Part shown: piece by piece, positions 1-11,700 of the stretch
Layout: each line of letters opens with the position of its first letter
Position numbering within the stretch: the first letter of the stretch is position 1
The notes under the pieces: model-generated
Told to the model about the DNA's origin: nothing
The model's input: only the letters and a program-made list of their open reading frames with translations
Databases searched by the model: none
Program-made: the position numbers and the translations under genes
NCBI GenBank assembly: GCA_965205485.1
Contig: OZ242180.1
Location: forward strand, 2,976,001 to 3,040,000
DNA: 64,000 nucleotides
Origin: Candidatus Latescibacterota bacterium
Lineage (GTDB): Bacteria; Latescibacterota; UBA2968; GCA-2709665
Direction: 5' to 3'

Positions 1-417
1 CTCTTCACAGGCCGGCACAACCGCCTGCCAGACGGCATCCAGATCCGGTGCGCTGGACTCGAATTCGAATACGTTCGGCATCATCGCGACCTGCAGGGGA
101 TCGGGTGCAACGGATACCCCCAGGCGAGATTGCAGCCGGGCAAGCCCGTCCCGGTATCCCTCAAAGACACGTTCGTTCAGGACCGGGATACTCTGTCCTA
201 GCGCGTCGCCAGCCACTTTCAGCGAGACGCTTATGTGTCCGCGGGAGAAAACCGAGAGCACGAGGTCCCTGATTCTTTGTTCCAGGGGAGACAGGTGTCT
301 GGGCAGATGGACGGAAACCTCGCCGTACCGCCCGTTGACGGACCGCAGCTCCACCGACGCTCGATAGCCGCCGGTTTCGACTTCTCCCCTCCCGAAACCC
401 GTCATGCTGACAACCAT
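1..417 (-). CDS. yicC: YicC/YloC-family endoribonuclease, N-terminal part (runs off window start)
   Basis: Not in the ORF track. Manual translation from ATG at 417 gives MVVSMTGFGRGEVETGGYRASVELRSVNGRYGEV..., the YicC N-terminal SMTGFGR / ELRSVNxRY signature; the frame is open to base 1. Confidence 0.9.
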   Translation of the reverse strand, partial: MVVSMTGFGRGEVETGGYRASVELRSVNGRYGEVSVHLPRHLSPLEQRIRDLVLSVFSRGHISVSLKVAGDALGQSIPVLNERVFEGYRDGLARLQSRLGVSVAPDPLQVAMMPNVFEFESSAPDLDAVWQAVVPACEE

Positions 418-469
418 GCGTTCTCCCGGCGCAATACCGTCCAACTCGTGTAAAATTATGAAACTCAAA

Positions 470-498
470 AAGATAGCACATTCACCAAAGCTTGTCAA
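470..498 (-). promoter_or_regulatory. sigma70-type promoter for yicC
   Basis: Minus strand TTGACA-N17-TATCTT with an extended -10 TG. Confidence 0.7.
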
Positions 499-511
499 CC
501 CACAAACCTCG

Positions 512-745
512 GAAGCTGTTTTAAAATTACCGGTGAGTTCCCGAGCGCGAGCGAAAAAGTGGCGGTTAAGAGGCACGAGGGGCGCGTAGTGCCGAGGCGC
601 GAGGGGCGCGCAGCGCCGACGGGCGAATCCGCCTAAGAGAGGCGAGCAAGCGCAGCCTCGACCTCTCGAAACGGGTGGGTTTGGCCAACGCCGACCGGCG
701 CTTTTGCAGCCGCGCGAAGACCACTGGGAATTTTAAGACAGCTTC
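512..745 (+). mobile_element. MITE family A, copy 1
   Basis: TIRs GAAGCTGTTTTAAAATTACCGGTG ... CACTGGGAATTTTAAGACAGCTTC; flanks TCG/TCA; contains a 24-bp tandem duplication at 570-617. Confidence 0.88.
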
Positions 746-770
746 TCAGTCCCGATGCCGAAATTTGGAA

Positions 771-799
771 TTGCACGGCAGAGGGTGCAGGCGTATATT
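771..799 (+). promoter_or_regulatory. putative sigma70 promoter
   Basis: TTGCAC-N17-TATATT upstream of the CDS at 862. Confidence 0.55.
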
Positions 800-861
800 C
801 ACGAAAAGCACTGATGTCACGTCTGTCAGCGCCGGCTTCACACGCACCGAAAGGAACCGTA

Positions 862-1431
862 ATGAACGATAGATACCGTTCTGCGGCGATGCACTTCTGC
901 GCTTTGTTTTTGTGTCTGAGCGGTGTCCTCGCGCCTTCGGCATATCCATCGGAAAAGGACCTGGTCAAGACCGAGGTCCATCAGGTCGGGCGGGATTCGG
1001 AAGATCAATACATCGTCTTTCTGCGTGACAGCGAGACCGCACGACTTCTGCCTATATGGATCGGTCCCTGTGAAGCGATGGCAATCTGGCGCAAACTGAA
1101 TAACGAGACGTTTCCTCGACCGTTCACCCACGATCTGTTCCACAACGTGCTGCAGGAGGCCGGCGTTCGCCTCAGATCCATTGTGATCGACGAACTTCGT
1201 CCGCTGGAAGAAGGGGGTCTGGGGAGCACGTATTTCGCCGTACTTACCCTGCAGGGTCCGGATGGAACAACATTCAAATTGGACGCGCGTCCAAGCGATT
1301 CAATGGCGCTGGCCGTCAGAATGGGCCTTCCGGTCCACGTGGTTCGCGGCATCATGGAAAGCCATGGCATCCCTGAAAACGAGGCGCCTCCGAAACCGGC
1401 CGCGCCCCGTAAGACACCCAGGTACTTCTGA
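862..1431 (+). CDS. bifunctional nuclease (BFN/DUF151) family protein with signal-peptide-like N-terminus
   Basis: LPIWIGxxEA, RPFTHDL and DARPSDSMALA motifs; AAGGAA RBS before ATG 862. Confidence 0.85.
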   Translation: MNDRYRSAAMHFCALFLCLSGVLAPSAYPSEKDLVKTEVHQVGRDSEDQYIVFLRDSETARLLPIWIGPCEAMAIWRKLNNETFPRPFTHDLFHNVLQEAGVRLRSIVIDELRPLEEGGLGSTYFAVLTLQGPDGTTFKLDARPSDSMALAVRMGLPVHVVRGIMESHGIPENEAPPKPAAPRKTPRYF

Positions 1432-1540
1432 CCGCGGGAAGGAATCGCCCTGACACCGGCGGTACCGTTTCAAGCACCTGCCGGGCCGTCGCCGTGCCCT
1501 CGATGCGTGAAGATCACGAGGATGCATACGCATGGGCGTT

Positions 1541-2086
1541 TCACGACACCACATCGAAATCGTGTACGTCCTCGCCTGCCTCAATCGATAGAATATCGAG
1601 CGCGGCCGACGCGCCCTGGCCGGCGGATATAATCGCCTGCGTCTTGCGTAGCCGCGTACTCCAACCCACGACGTAGAGTCCTTCAATCGACGTGCGACCG
1701 TCCCTGTCGCACTCCAGCCCGTCCTGGCCTCTTTCCAGACCGATACTCACGCCCAGTTTCACATTGGTGCCGGCCGCCAGTATCAGATACTGCCCTTCGC
1801 GGGTGGCCCCTTCCTCCGTGGTCAAGGTGAATCCGGTCCGGGATTTTTCTATTCCCGCGACCTGCACGTCCTCAATGCTCGCACCCTGTGCCGCGACCTG
1901 ATTCCGGGAGATGCGTTGAAATTCGCTCCCGGTCAACTCGGGAATTCCCAGGTAATTATAGAGCATGGCTTTATGCATGGGGGTTGTATTCTGACCGAAC
2001 ACCGCCACGTCCATGCCGTTTTTGGCCAGAAACAGGGCCGCGCTCAGTCCTCCCGGACCATCACCTACCACCAATACCGATGCCAT
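1541..2086 (-). CDS. short thioredoxin-reductase-like FAD-dependent oxidoreductase
   Basis: VVGDGPGGLSAA FAD motif, NYLG, GRTSIEGLYVVG, QAIISAGQG; AGGAGG RBS; lacks the NADPH domain and CxxC. Confidence 0.82.
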   Translation of the reverse strand: MASVLVVGDGPGGLSAALFLAKNGMDVAVFGQNTTPMHKAMLYNYLGIPELTGSEFQRISRNQVAAQGASIEDVQVAGIEKSRTGFTLTTEEGATREGQYLILAAGTNVKLGVSIGLERGQDGLECDRDGRTSIEGLYVVGWSTRLRKTQAIISAGQGASAALDILSIEAGEDVHDFDVVS

Positions 2087-2101
2087 CACATCCTCCTGTT
2101 A

Positions 2102-2263
2102 GAAGTTGTTTTAAAATTACCGGTGAGTTCCCGAGCACGAGCGAAAAAGTGACGGTCAAGGCGGGAAAATCCGCCCATATTTGTTTATACGGGTGGATTT
2201 GACCAACGCAGACCGGCGCTTTTGCAGCCGTGCGAAGACCGCTGGGAATTTTAAGGCAGCTTC
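2102..2263 (+). mobile_element. MITE family A, copy 2
   Basis: Same TIRs and body as 512-745; flanks TTA/TTG. Confidence 0.88.
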
Positions 2264-2313
2264 TTGGTTCGTTTAATGCATCTTGTGAGTAAGTTTGTCG
2301 CGATCGCGTTCCG

Positions 2314-4392
2314 TCACGATGGTTTCCGTAACAGCGCATCCAGTTGGGTAGGTGTTGTTACCGGCGCGGAACAGACCGAATCCCTACACACGTACGCAGT
2401 CGGTTTTCCATTAACCGTCGATTTGTCGGCAAGCAACGGAATGCGCCGGGACAGATCTTCCCGTTCGTCCGGATTCGAAAGAACGATCACCCGGCTGGAT
2501 GGCAGGCGTCCGTATGCGGTCTTCAGGAGATCTTTCGTCGCTGAATCCTCCGGTTCGCCCACCAATACGATCTCAGCCGGACGTCTGGTGAAGGTGTCCA
2601 GACCGCAAAGCATCTGGCCGAATCCGGAGGGCATTTCTCTGAGCATCGGTTCGAACAGCTTCAGGGTCTGCTCCGCCTTTTTCCACAGATCCGGCCGGTC
2701 GAGAATCGTACCCAGACCCATCAGCGAGGATACGGCCATCGAATTCCCGGATGGGATTGCGTTGTCGTACGGGTTCTTCGAGCGAACGATCAGTTCTTCA
2801 TTCGACCGTCCCGTATAAAAGAAACCCCCTTGATCCGCGTCCCAGAATTCCCTGAGCATCGTCTCCGTGAGCGACTCCGCCGCATTCAGCCATCGCGGAT
2901 CGAAGGAGGCCTCGTAGAGGTCCAGCAGTCCGCTGCTGAAGAAGGCGTAATCGTCCTGGTAACCCGGAAACCGCGCACGCCCGGCATTGTACGTGTGCAG
3001 TAGACATCCGGATTCCGTAACCATGTGTTGGAGTATGAAACGGGCCGCGTTCCGTGCCGTTTCCAGATACTCCGGTTGTCCGAGAACCTGAAAGGCGCGC
3101 GCAAAGGCCGAGATCATCAGCCCGTTCCAGCTCACCTGGATTTTTTCGTCTCGATCCGGCCTGGTCCTGCTCTCGCGGGCCTTTGCCAATACCTCCCGGC
3201 CGCGCCGCGTCGCCTCGTACAGGCGATCCAGGTCCACATCCAGGAATCGGGCCAATTCAGGCGCTTCAACGGGAACATTCAGAATGCTCTTCCCGTGTTC
3301 GAAATTACCCTCCGGGCGCACATCGAAGTACCTGCAGAACAGCCGGCCCTCTTCCTGCCCCAGCAGAGCGTGCACCTCCTCCTGATCCCAGACGAAAAAC
3401 CTGCCTTCCTCCCCTTCGCTGTCCGCGTCCTGAGTGGAATAGAATCCGCCCTGCGGATCGGTCATCTCACGAATGACATAGGATAGTGTCTCCTGCACGA
3501 TCTCCCGAAACAGCGGCTCTCCGGTGTGCTGAAAGGCCTCCAGATAGAGCGCGGTCAACAGCGCATTGTCATATAGCATCTTCTCGAAGTGGGGGACCAG
3601 CCAGCGATGGTCAACCGAGTACCGGTGAAATCCGCCACCCAGATGATCGTATATCCCTCCCCGCGCCATCTTACGCAGGGTGAGCAGTACCATATCCAAT
3701 GCATTGCGATTTCCACTTTTCTCGAATTCCCGGAGGAAGACCGACAGATTCATGGTGCCCGGAAACTTCGGCTGCGATCCGAACCCTCCGTTTTCCCAGT
3801 CAAAATTGCGGGCAATCTGCGAATACCCTTCAGAGAACAACGTTCCCGACAATTCTCCATCCCGGTTTCGCAGGTCGGTCAGCCGTTTCAATCCGGCCAT
3901 CAGGCGTTCGGCCGCCTCTCCCACCTTGCCCCGGTTGTCACGGTAATGCATGGCCACGGAGCGAAGTACGTCGGGGAATCCGGGGCGGCCGTATCGGCTG
4001 TCGGGAGGGAAATAGGTGCCGCCGTAGAACGGTGTTCCGTCGGGTGTGAGAAACACGCTCATCGGCCATCCGCCGCTGCCGGTCATCATCTGTACCGCAT
4101 TCATATAGATTTCGTCCACGTCCGGACGCTCTTCGCGGTCTACCTTGACGTTTACGAAGAATCGGTTCATTACGTCCGCGATTGCTTCATTCTCGAACGA
4201 CTCCCTTTCCATGACGTGGCACCAGTGACAGGCCGAATATCCGATACTCAAGAAAACCGGTCGGTCTGCCTTTCTCGCGCGTTCAAAGGCTTCGTCGCCC
4301 CACGGATACCAATCCACCGGGTTGTGTGCGTGTTGCAGCAGATAGGGGCTGGTCTCGTTTGCCAACCTGTTTGCGAATCGCGGTTTGTCCAT
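2314..4392 (-). CDS. YyaL/SSP411 (DUF255) thioredoxin-domain protein with six-hairpin glycosidase-like domain
   Basis: [55 protein letters not shown]. Confidence 0.95.
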   Translation of the reverse strand: MDKPRFANRLANETSPYLLQHAHNPVDWYPWGDEAFERARKADRPVFLSIGYSACHWCHVMERESFENEAIADVMNRFFVNVKVDREERPDVDEIYMNAVQMMTGSGGWPMSVFLTPDGTPFYGGTYFPPDSRYGRPGFPDVLRSVAMHYRDNRGKVGEAAERLMAGLKRLTDLRNRDGELSGTLFSEGYSQIARNFDWENGGFGSQPKFPGTMNLSVFLREFEKSGNRNALDMVLLTLRKMARGGIYDHLGGGFHRYSVDHRWLVPHFEKMLYDNALLTALYLEAFQHTGEPLFREIVQETLSYVIREMTDPQGGFYSTQDADSEGEEGRFFVWDQEEVHALLGQEEGRLFCRYFDVRPEGNFEHGKSILNVPVEAPELARFLDVDLDRLYEATRRGREVLAKARESRTRPDRDEKIQVSWNGLMISAFARAFQVLGQPEYLETARNAARFILQHMVTESGCLLHTYNAGRARFPGYQDDYAFFSSGLLDLYEASFDPRWLNAAESLTETMLREFWDADQGGFFYTGRSNEELIVRSKNPYDNAIPSGNSMAVSSLMGLGTILDRPDLWKKAEQTLKLFEPMLREMPSGFGQMLCGLDTFTRRPAEIVLVGEPEDSATKDLLKTAYGRLPSSRVIVLSNPDEREDLSRRIPLLADKSTVNGKPTAYVCRDSVCSAPVTTPTQLDALLRKPS

Positions 4393-4424
4393 GGCGGCTT
4401 TCGAACACCTGGTTTATGTTTTGC

Positions 4425-5810
4425 TCATTGAAAACACAACAATGTTGAAGCCGACCGACCCGGTTTCATCTTCATCAGCCAGCTTGAATTCCACGCGCCC
4501 CATCTGTCGGACCAGGTGAAGATTTCCCCTGTGGGGCGGGTCCGCACGAATCGTCCACCAGGCAATACGGCTTCGAGTATGAAATTGCCCAGCGTACATG
4601 CCTCGTTCCGGGGCACCTGGATGTCGAGCCGGTTCTCCATGCGCAGATGTTCAAGGCATTTCGCCGGTAATTCCATCCGGATCGGCGCGTAGTCGTTCGC
4701 GGGAGGGAGGTTGCCAACCAGCGTGCCGTTGAGGAATACCTCTTTGTCCTGGCGCAGCGCATGCCATCCGCAGAACCGGAGGGAAGCGCGCCGAATATGA
4801 TTCAAGTCGTCGTAAATCAACCGGGCATCCGGAGGATGGTCCATTTTTTCGAATGCCGAGAGGTTTCCGGCGCGATGCCAGACGAGTCGCGTCTCGACGC
4901 CTCTGTTCAGGTGGTGCCACGACGTTTCGACCGAATCCCGGCCGACCTGAACGATAAACCATCCCGGCGCCGTGTTCTCAAGGTAGCCCGGCCAGCAGGT
5001 CACCACGTCCTGGGGATACGGCAGCAGGTCCTGCACACGATCTAAAGGCGTCGGCATCTCGCTGGACAGGCCGATTGAAGCGCACATGCACTGCAGGACC
5101 GGTTGGCCGTCCGTACGGTGAAGCAACACGTTCTGATTGTGCGTATGCCCGCAAAAATAAGCGTCTACAGGGTGTTTCTGCAGTATTTCCGGTAGATCGA
5201 GATGGAGGTCGATATTGGTAAAAAAGGCCCGCGCAAGCGGCCAGACGGGATGATGTCCGAACAGAAACGTCCGATCGATCCCGGCAGCCTCCCGGTCATT
5301 CAACGTGAGTTCCAGCCATTTCCGCTGTGCGCCTTTCCTCTTCCAGGTGGGGGTGTCGAGGAAAACCAGCCGGCAGCCGGCGACGTCAAGAAAGAAATAC
5401 CGCTCCCGGGGCGTACTGCCCAACCAGCGGCCCAGATACGGACGAACAACGCTGTCAAACGCCTCAACCCGGTCCCTGTTTCCGCATGCGAACAGGAGGG
5501 GAATCCCGTAACCCTCGAAGAATTCCAGCCCTTCCTTGATCTCATCGACGGCGAGTTCGACGTCGTGATGCCCCTCCACCAGGTCTCCGGTCATGACGAC
5601 GAATGCGGGGGAAACTTCCTTCAGGGAAGCCATCATCGGCATCAGGACATATTGAACGCTTTCGAGGTATTGGTCAACTTGCAGGGGACGAAACGAACCG
5701 CCGGTCCCGGCCGTTGCTCGTCCGAACCTGGGATGCAGGAAATGCGTGTCGCCCACCACGGCAAACGTGAAGGGCTTCTCGATTCGTTCGCCAACCTCCT
5801 GGAGATCCAT
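4425..5810 (-). CDS. calcineurin-like metallophosphoesterase with C-terminal extension
   Basis: GDTH, TGDLVE, GNRD (usual GNHD), GHHP and GHTH motifs. Confidence 0.8.
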   Translation of the reverse strand: MDLQEVGERIEKPFTFAVVGDTHFLHPRFGRATAGTGGSFRPLQVDQYLESVQYVLMPMMASLKEVSPAFVVMTGDLVEGHHDVELAVDEIKEGLEFFEGYGIPLLFACGNRDRVEAFDSVVRPYLGRWLGSTPRERYFFLDVAGCRLVFLDTPTWKRKGAQRKWLELTLNDREAAGIDRTFLFGHHPVWPLARAFFTNIDLHLDLPEILQKHPVDAYFCGHTHNQNVLLHRTDGQPVLQCMCASIGLSSEMPTPLDRVQDLLPYPQDVVTCWPGYLENTAPGWFIVQVGRDSVETSWHHLNRGVETRLVWHRAGNLSAFEKMDHPPDARLIYDDLNHIRRASLRFCGWHALRQDKEVFLNGTLVGNLPPANDYAPIRMELPAKCLEHLRMENRLDIQVPRNEACTLGNFILEAVLPGGRFVRTRPTGEIFTWSDRWGAWNSSWLMKMKPGRSASTLLCFQ

Positions 5811-5819
5811 CCGAAAACC

Positions 5820-6293
5820 TCAAACTCCGCCGCCAGGCGGACCGCCGCCCCGCCGGCCACCGCCGCGTCCACGTTGAAACCCTCGCCGCATCCTCTCCAG
5901 ATAGTCGTCCAGAATCTTGTCCTGTTTGTCATTCAACACCGTTTTGACCTTTTCGAACATCGAGCCGCGGAGGCGGCCGAGTTTCTCCATAATCTGTTGA
6001 CGGTCGGCGCCGTTCCGCATCTCTTTCTGCAGTTCGGCCCGTTGGCCGTGAATCTCCATAAGGGCGTTTCGGACTCTGATCAACTGGTCGTCTTTCAACG
6101 CGATCTTGGCGTCAAACGCCAGAAAGCTCAGCGTCTGCTCTACCGGCAACATCATTCTGAGACGGCCCGCACCCCCGCGCCGTCCGCGTTCGCGACCGCC
6201 CCTGCGGTCTGGCTGGGCCGCCGCATCCACGGCAAACGCCAATACGATAATGGCAATCAGCGCAAGCCCCGTGATCCTCCCGCCTCGTGTCAT
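5820..6293 (-). CDS. exported small helical protein (Spy/CpxP-like)
   Basis: GGAGG RBS; signal peptide ending AAAQ; LKDDQ and VLNDKQ resemble LTxxQ repeats; Gly/Arg-rich ends. The longer ORF-track start lies inside a MITE. Confidence 0.65.
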   Translation of the reverse strand: MTRGGRITGLALIAIIVLAFAVDAAAQPDRRGGRERGRRGGAGRLRMMLPVEQTLSFLAFDAKIALKDDQLIRVRNALMEIHGQRAELQKEMRNGADRQQIMEKLGRLRGSMFEKVKTVLNDKQDKILDDYLERMRRGFQRGRGGGRRGGGPPGGGV

Positions 6294-6399
6294 TGAAACC
6301 TCCATGGGGTTGAAATTCGGTTCAGGCGGATGTAATTCGGCCCGGATCGGGCGTCTGCGGTGTTCCTTAGACACCCGGAATCCGGGCGGCGTTCCGTAA

Positions 6400-6559
6400 C
6401 AGTCCGTTGATAAAGTCGCTCTGCAGGCGAGGCCGAGCCATTGTGGTCGAAGACAAGGCGCGCGACCGAGTCCCATCCTGCGATTCGGCGAGGAAGCGCA
6501 ACGAAGTATTTCGACTGCAAGGGCCGGCCGCAGCCCGGATGGACTTTTTCAACGGACTG
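6400..6559 (+). mobile_element. MITE family B, copy 1
   Basis: TIRs CAGTCCGTTGATAAAGTC ... GACTTTTTCAACGGACTG; 160 bp. Confidence 0.88.
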
Positions 6560-6583
6560 CTGATGCATCGCAGGTCTTCAAGA

Positions 6584-8632
6584 CTAGAAGACGACCTGCG
6601 AAACGGCCTTTGAAATCAGCACAACGGAAACCGAAGTCATCCCGATGAGCCCCATCCCGCAGTAATATCCGGCCAGCAGAATGGGCGCGTACGCCCGCCA
6701 TTTGGATTCCCCGAAACGCCTGGAGAAGTAGTAGCGTCCCAGCAGCGCGCCGGCGAACTGCAGAATCACGAAATGCGGCCACGTGGCGAGCGAGCCTACA
6801 AAGCCGAAGAAGAACAGCGTGGGTGCCTTCAACGCGGCCAGAATAAGATACATGAGACCGCCGACGGCAAATCCGGCGCCGATGATATGCGGCTTGATGA
6901 TATCTCTGAGAAGCTCGACACCGACGGTTCCATGGCCTTCGAGGTCCGGCATCGTCGACTTGAGCCACATTGTGGTCATTGTGGCGTCGTACGGCCAGAA
7001 GGTCTGCACATAGTAGTAACTGGATGACGGAATGGGGCCGAGCCGCCAGATGAATTCCCAGAAGATGAAGCTGAAGATGAAGATGACGACCATGGTCACG
7101 GCGGTCAATTTCACATAACTGACGAACTTCGTTTTTGTGAGTTCCATCTGTTTGTACGTAGGTACGGCCAGGCCGTGATCGTGCAGTGGCAGGGGTGCGA
7201 ACCAGACCGCCACGCCCTTGTATCCGGAGAGGAGGATTCCCGCTTCACGCAAATAGGGAATACTCGCCCCGTACGGACTTCCGGTCAGACCGATCATTCG
7301 GGCGCCGATATAGGAGGAAATCGGGGTGTAGATGAGTCCGAAGAACACGACCCAGCCCCAGTGGAATTCCGGAACCAGCATCTGGCACATAATGATAAAG
7401 CCCAACGTGGCGGCGCCCCAGAACAGAATTGGGTAGATCATCTTCATATCCGAGCGGCCCTCCGGCAGGTCCTCGAGGTCGATACCGGACGTATGATGCC
7501 CTGTCTGCTGTTTCTGGCGGCGTTGCTCCATAAGCACCCGGAACACCTGGTAGAATCCGGTGAACGCGATGACGAACGACGTGCCGATCCCGAAACTTAG
7601 CCAGAAGTCGAACTGGTTGGAGATCGACGTCGGGATCGCCGTCATGCCCGCGGACCAGCGGTCCAGGATTTCCCATCTGTAAAGGAACGGGTTTACAACC
7701 AGGTTCCCCAGAACGGCGCCGGCGAAAGACCCGATAACCACCCAGAACGGCAACACGAAACCGACAATCAGGTGACCCAGGTCGGTCGCAATTCCAAACA
7801 GCGCCGCGGGCAGGATGGTCTTGATCTGTTCCGTGAAATCGATCCAGGGAATGGGAAGGATCTGGACCGTATCGGTCAGGAATATGCTTGAAAGCGTGGG
7901 TACGACAACGTACAGGAGGCCCCAGACCAGTCCGATGCACGCTCCGGTACTGAATACCCGCCATCTCCAGCCCTCCTGCTTGGCCGACGTCTCGGCGAGT
8001 GCGGTGGCCCCGCGTGCCTGCACGGGCGCCAGCGGAAACGGCAACCGTTCGATGTCGCTGGTAATCCGAAACATCACGTACCCAAGCGACAGTCTCGCGG
8101 TGTTGCTCAACAGCGTCAGTGCAACGAGGATGCCGATCGGCTTCAGCCACGCGGCGTGCAGAAACGTACGTTCGGCGTAAATCTCGGGATGTTCGCTGAT
8201 CCTGGGTACCACCCAGTCAGGGATGAAATCCGCGAGACCTCTCGCCGCCGGAGACTGGATCAGGTATTGATCCCAGATCAATCCGCCGAACGGCCCTCCG
8301 TACACCAGCGCCGCGCTGCCCAGCCGTACGCCCACGCCCAGCAACCCGCCGGCAACCCAGTAAATGACCAGGACCTCCTGGGTCTTCAGCCGCACGAAGG
8401 ACCTCTTGGCGATCTCCAGGAAGAGGATGATCGTCACCCATTCGGACGCGCCCGCCATGTTCTGTCCGGTCACCAGGCCGAGATAGATGGCGCCGGGAAG
8501 CATCACCAGACCCACAAAGAGCGTCGCCCACATGGTCTTCATATTGAAGCCATCTTCGAACGGCGCGTCGACCGGCATGATGTTTTCGTACTGTTCCTGC
8601 TCTTCTCTAGGGTCCTTGGGTTCGATTGCCAA
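6584..8632 (-). CDS. OPT-like polytopic membrane protein (putative peptide transporter)
   Basis: 682 aa with many hydrophobic helices; IERLPFPLAPV motif resembling the OPT ExLxFP motif; GAGGAGG RBS, TTG start. Confidence 0.75.
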   Translation of the reverse strand: MAIEPKDPREEQEQYENIMPVDAPFEDGFNMKTMWATLFVGLVMLPGAIYLGLVTGQNMAGASEWVTIILFLEIAKRSFVRLKTQEVLVIYWVAGGLLGVGVRLGSAALVYGGPFGGLIWDQYLIQSPAARGLADFIPDWVVPRISEHPEIYAERTFLHAAWLKPIGILVALTLLSNTARLSLGYVMFRITSDIERLPFPLAPVQARGATALAETSAKQEGWRWRVFSTGACIGLVWGLLYVVVPTLSSIFLTDTVQILPIPWIDFTEQIKTILPAALFGIATDLGHLIVGFVLPFWVVIGSFAGAVLGNLVVNPFLYRWEILDRWSAGMTAIPTSISNQFDFWLSFGIGTSFVIAFTGFYQVFRVLMEQRRQKQQTGHHTSGIDLEDLPEGRSDMKMIYPILFWGAATLGFIIMCQMLVPEFHWGWVVFFGLIYTPISSYIGARMIGLTGSPYGASIPYLREAGILLSGYKGVAVWFAPLPLHDHGLAVPTYKQMELTKTKFVSYVKLTAVTMVVIFIFSFIFWEFIWRLGPIPSSSYYYVQTFWPYDATMTTMWLKSTMPDLEGHGTVGVELLRDIIKPHIIGAGFAVGGLMYLILAALKAPTLFFFGFVGSLATWPHFVILQFAGALLGRYYFSRRFGESKWRAYAPILLAGYYCGMGLIGMTSVSVVLISKAVSQVVF

Positions 8633-8757
8633 AACCGCCCCTCCTCGTTGGGAGCAGTGAGAGTACTGTCTCGGAAGTGGATTGCCTGAATTCGTCCGTC
8701 TTGTCTTCGGTCACGACGGTTCGGCCTGGCCTGCACGGCGACTCGATCAACGAACTG

Positions 8758-11700
8758 CTATACTGCCGCCTCTTCCACCTTGTCTGAAAGTATGCGGGCG
8801 CCCTCGTCCGCATATTGGTGCTTCAACTCGGGTGGAATGGTTCGCCAGACCAGGAATCGCTTCCGGAGGACGTTCAGGAAACCCCGGTTTATCCGTTTCC
8901 ACGAGGCCACGTCACCGCTCAGCCGGTTGATGACGACCTCGATCTTGTAGATGTTGTGTTCCCGGGTGGGAATGGCAAGCAGGGCCACCTCCTGGCTGAT
9001 GCCCAGGTCGTATGGCGCAAGCCAGCACGTGAGGTTGATTTCGTACTGAGGTTCACCCTGCATGTCCTGCGACGTGAAACGTACGTAATCGGCCACAAAG
9101 TCGCCTACGGAACCTTCGCCGTATGATTCGAAAACGCGTGTGAGATAGGTGTACATTCCCAGTACTTCCGCGCCGCCAACCGTAAACGGAAAGTCGAACA
9201 CCCATCTGTCGCCCTCGGGTTCCGGAAACTCCCACTTCCGCGTCACGTCCGGCACGGCCATATCGGCGGCCTTCTTTGCAGGGTACAGTGTAGAGAGGAA
9301 TACCGTTGCCATTACAATCAATGTGGACGAAATGGCGGATAACGAAGAATAGTTCAATTCAAGGCTCAGCAGTTGTCCCTGCGCCTGCGCCTGGGTGAAC
9401 AGCACAAGGACCAGTACCTGCCCGATCAGATATCCGAACACGGCGCCGACCGTGGCGAATACCGTCGCCTCGGCCAGAAACAGCGCCGCAATGTGATTGG
9501 GCGCCAGCCCCACCGCCGAATAAATCCCGATTTCGTTGAACCGTTCGTACACCGCGCCCATCATCGTATTCAGCACGATCAGTGCGGCAATCAGAATTGG
9601 AATGAAGAGTGTGCCCAATCCCGATAATGAGGTTGAACCGATGGAACTGTATACCGTGACCTTGTTTTCGTGGCCCACGAACATCGTCAGGGATACCCGG
9701 GTCATGAATTCTTCGACATCCGGCAGGAAGTTCCCCTTGGAATTGCCCTGGGAGTCCACGAAGTTCGCCAATGCGACGGAGTTCAGAGTGCCTCCGATAT
9801 TGCGGACGTAGTCATAGGGCAATATCATCACGTTGGTCGATTCCAGGTGCGTAAACGTCTCGATCGGCGCCGCCGCGACAACCCGCGGGTCCTGGTCCTG
9901 GGCGTCTGCCAGGTCGTCCTTCTCCTTTACGGTATCAACCGGCGTGAGCTTTTCGTCGTCCATATCCTTGTATTTGTTGAACCCCTCGGAGTCCATGATA
10001 CCAATGACGGTGAAGACGCCACCCAGCATTTCGATCTTCGCGCTACCGGCGTCTTCGGGAAAAATACCCACCAGTTCCGCGAGATCGTTCGGGAGAATGC
10101 ACACATTCGTCTCACCGGGTTCGAACCATCGTCCGCTCATCAGGTACCGGTCCACGCCGGTAATCCGGGGTTCCTCCGCCGTGAGTCCGAGCAAGCCGTT
10201 TACAAAGCTGTCTTTTCCAGTGGTGATACCAACGTCAAAATCGACGTAGGTGTCCCTTGAGCCCAGGTAGGAAGTCTGGTCCGTGGTCCGCGAAAAATTG
10301 ACGTATGCCCGTTCCCCGCGAACCTGCGAAAGATACCATGCGCGCGGAACAATGGTCGCACGGCCCTTGAATGCGCTGGTCAGGTATTGAAGCACGGATT
10401 CCTGCAATCCCCGCCAGGATCGATCCCGTACCAGGCCCCCCGGGTACGGCGGCTGGTTGTCCCTCGGCAATCGATAGAACTTGATGGACGTCTGCACCGA
10501 TGTAAACGAAAGGGCCGTGAACGTAAGCAGCGTCAGGGTGATCGCGGTCAGTCCGGTGCGGAGCGGTCGTTTTCGCAGATTGGAAATGCCCAGGATTATC
10601 GAAGCGGCAGTCGCGCTCAATCGTCCCACGTCCGCCTCGTACGTGCCCGCGGAGGCCTGTTTCATCTTCCTGACTTCCTCGCCGAACTTGGAGACGACAA
10701 TGAACATCGCAATACCGCCGAGGGACATGATCACAAATGCCAGGAAGATGATGTAGGGCGTGCTGCTCAGCTTGAAGGCCGGATGCACGTATCGAAGGAT
10801 AATGAAAAACAGCACGAAGATTCCCGCAAAGCCCACCAGGCGTCGGGTGATATCCGGGAATCCGAAGAGCAGCCGTTCGCAGAAGAAGGAGAACGGAAGC
10901 AGCAGGATGAAATAGAAGATTATCCCGCGTACCGTGTCGTTTGCCGTGGACATGACCTCGGGGTAACCGCGCGCTTCCAGCCCCCACGCCTCTCTGGACG
11001 CGGCGATAAACCCTTCGTAGTCGTGGCCGGCCAGATTCTCCCTGGCACGCTTCAACGCGTCCGCCGCGTGCGTGTGCAGCTTCTCCAGCCGCGCGTTGGT
11101 GATTCCGTACTGGGCGAGCTGCTTCATCCGGATATCGTCGACCACCCACATATCCTTGGCGGCCTTGTAGGACGGGTAAAGAATGACGCCGGGCGGATAA
11201 CCCTCGCCCCGGGACCGCTCCAGCAATTCGTCGTCCACCTCCCACTTGTCCACGGGTTGTTCCAGCAACTCCTCCGGTGCGTTGGTCAGCAGGTATTTTA
11301 CGCCGAAAAGGCCCGTACTCATCAGAATCTTGATGGGATCGGGACTTCCGGTCGTGGGGTTGATGGCGGTAAACGCGACCGCTGCACGTGTGACGTCGCC
11401 TTCTTTGATACTCTGATTTTCGATGTAATAATAGCCGTATTCCATCGGCTGTGAATCGCCCGCATTCAACACGGTCATGAAATCCAGGGCGGAGAGGTAG
11501 CTGGAATCGATGATTTCAAACACGCTGAGAGACCGGCACTTGAAAAGGACCGCCAGCATCTCGTTCTCCCACCATCCGTAGCCCTGCCTTGTCGGGAACT
11601 TCTCCTCGCCCTCCGTGCCCAGGTCCGGCGCCGAGATGATTCGGCCATCGTCGTCGATTTCGAATGCCAGTATCTGATTGGTAAACCGGTTGCGCATGAT

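Noticed and set aside
1541..2086. trxB assignment
   Set aside because: Only about 181 aa, with no CxxC or NADPH-binding domain.
6294..6476. N-terminal extensions in the ORF track (also 17484-17570, 18802-18924) and recurring peptides such as LKLPVSSRARAK and ARPRLQSDF
   Set aside because: These are translations through MITE copies; better starts with signal peptides lie downstream.
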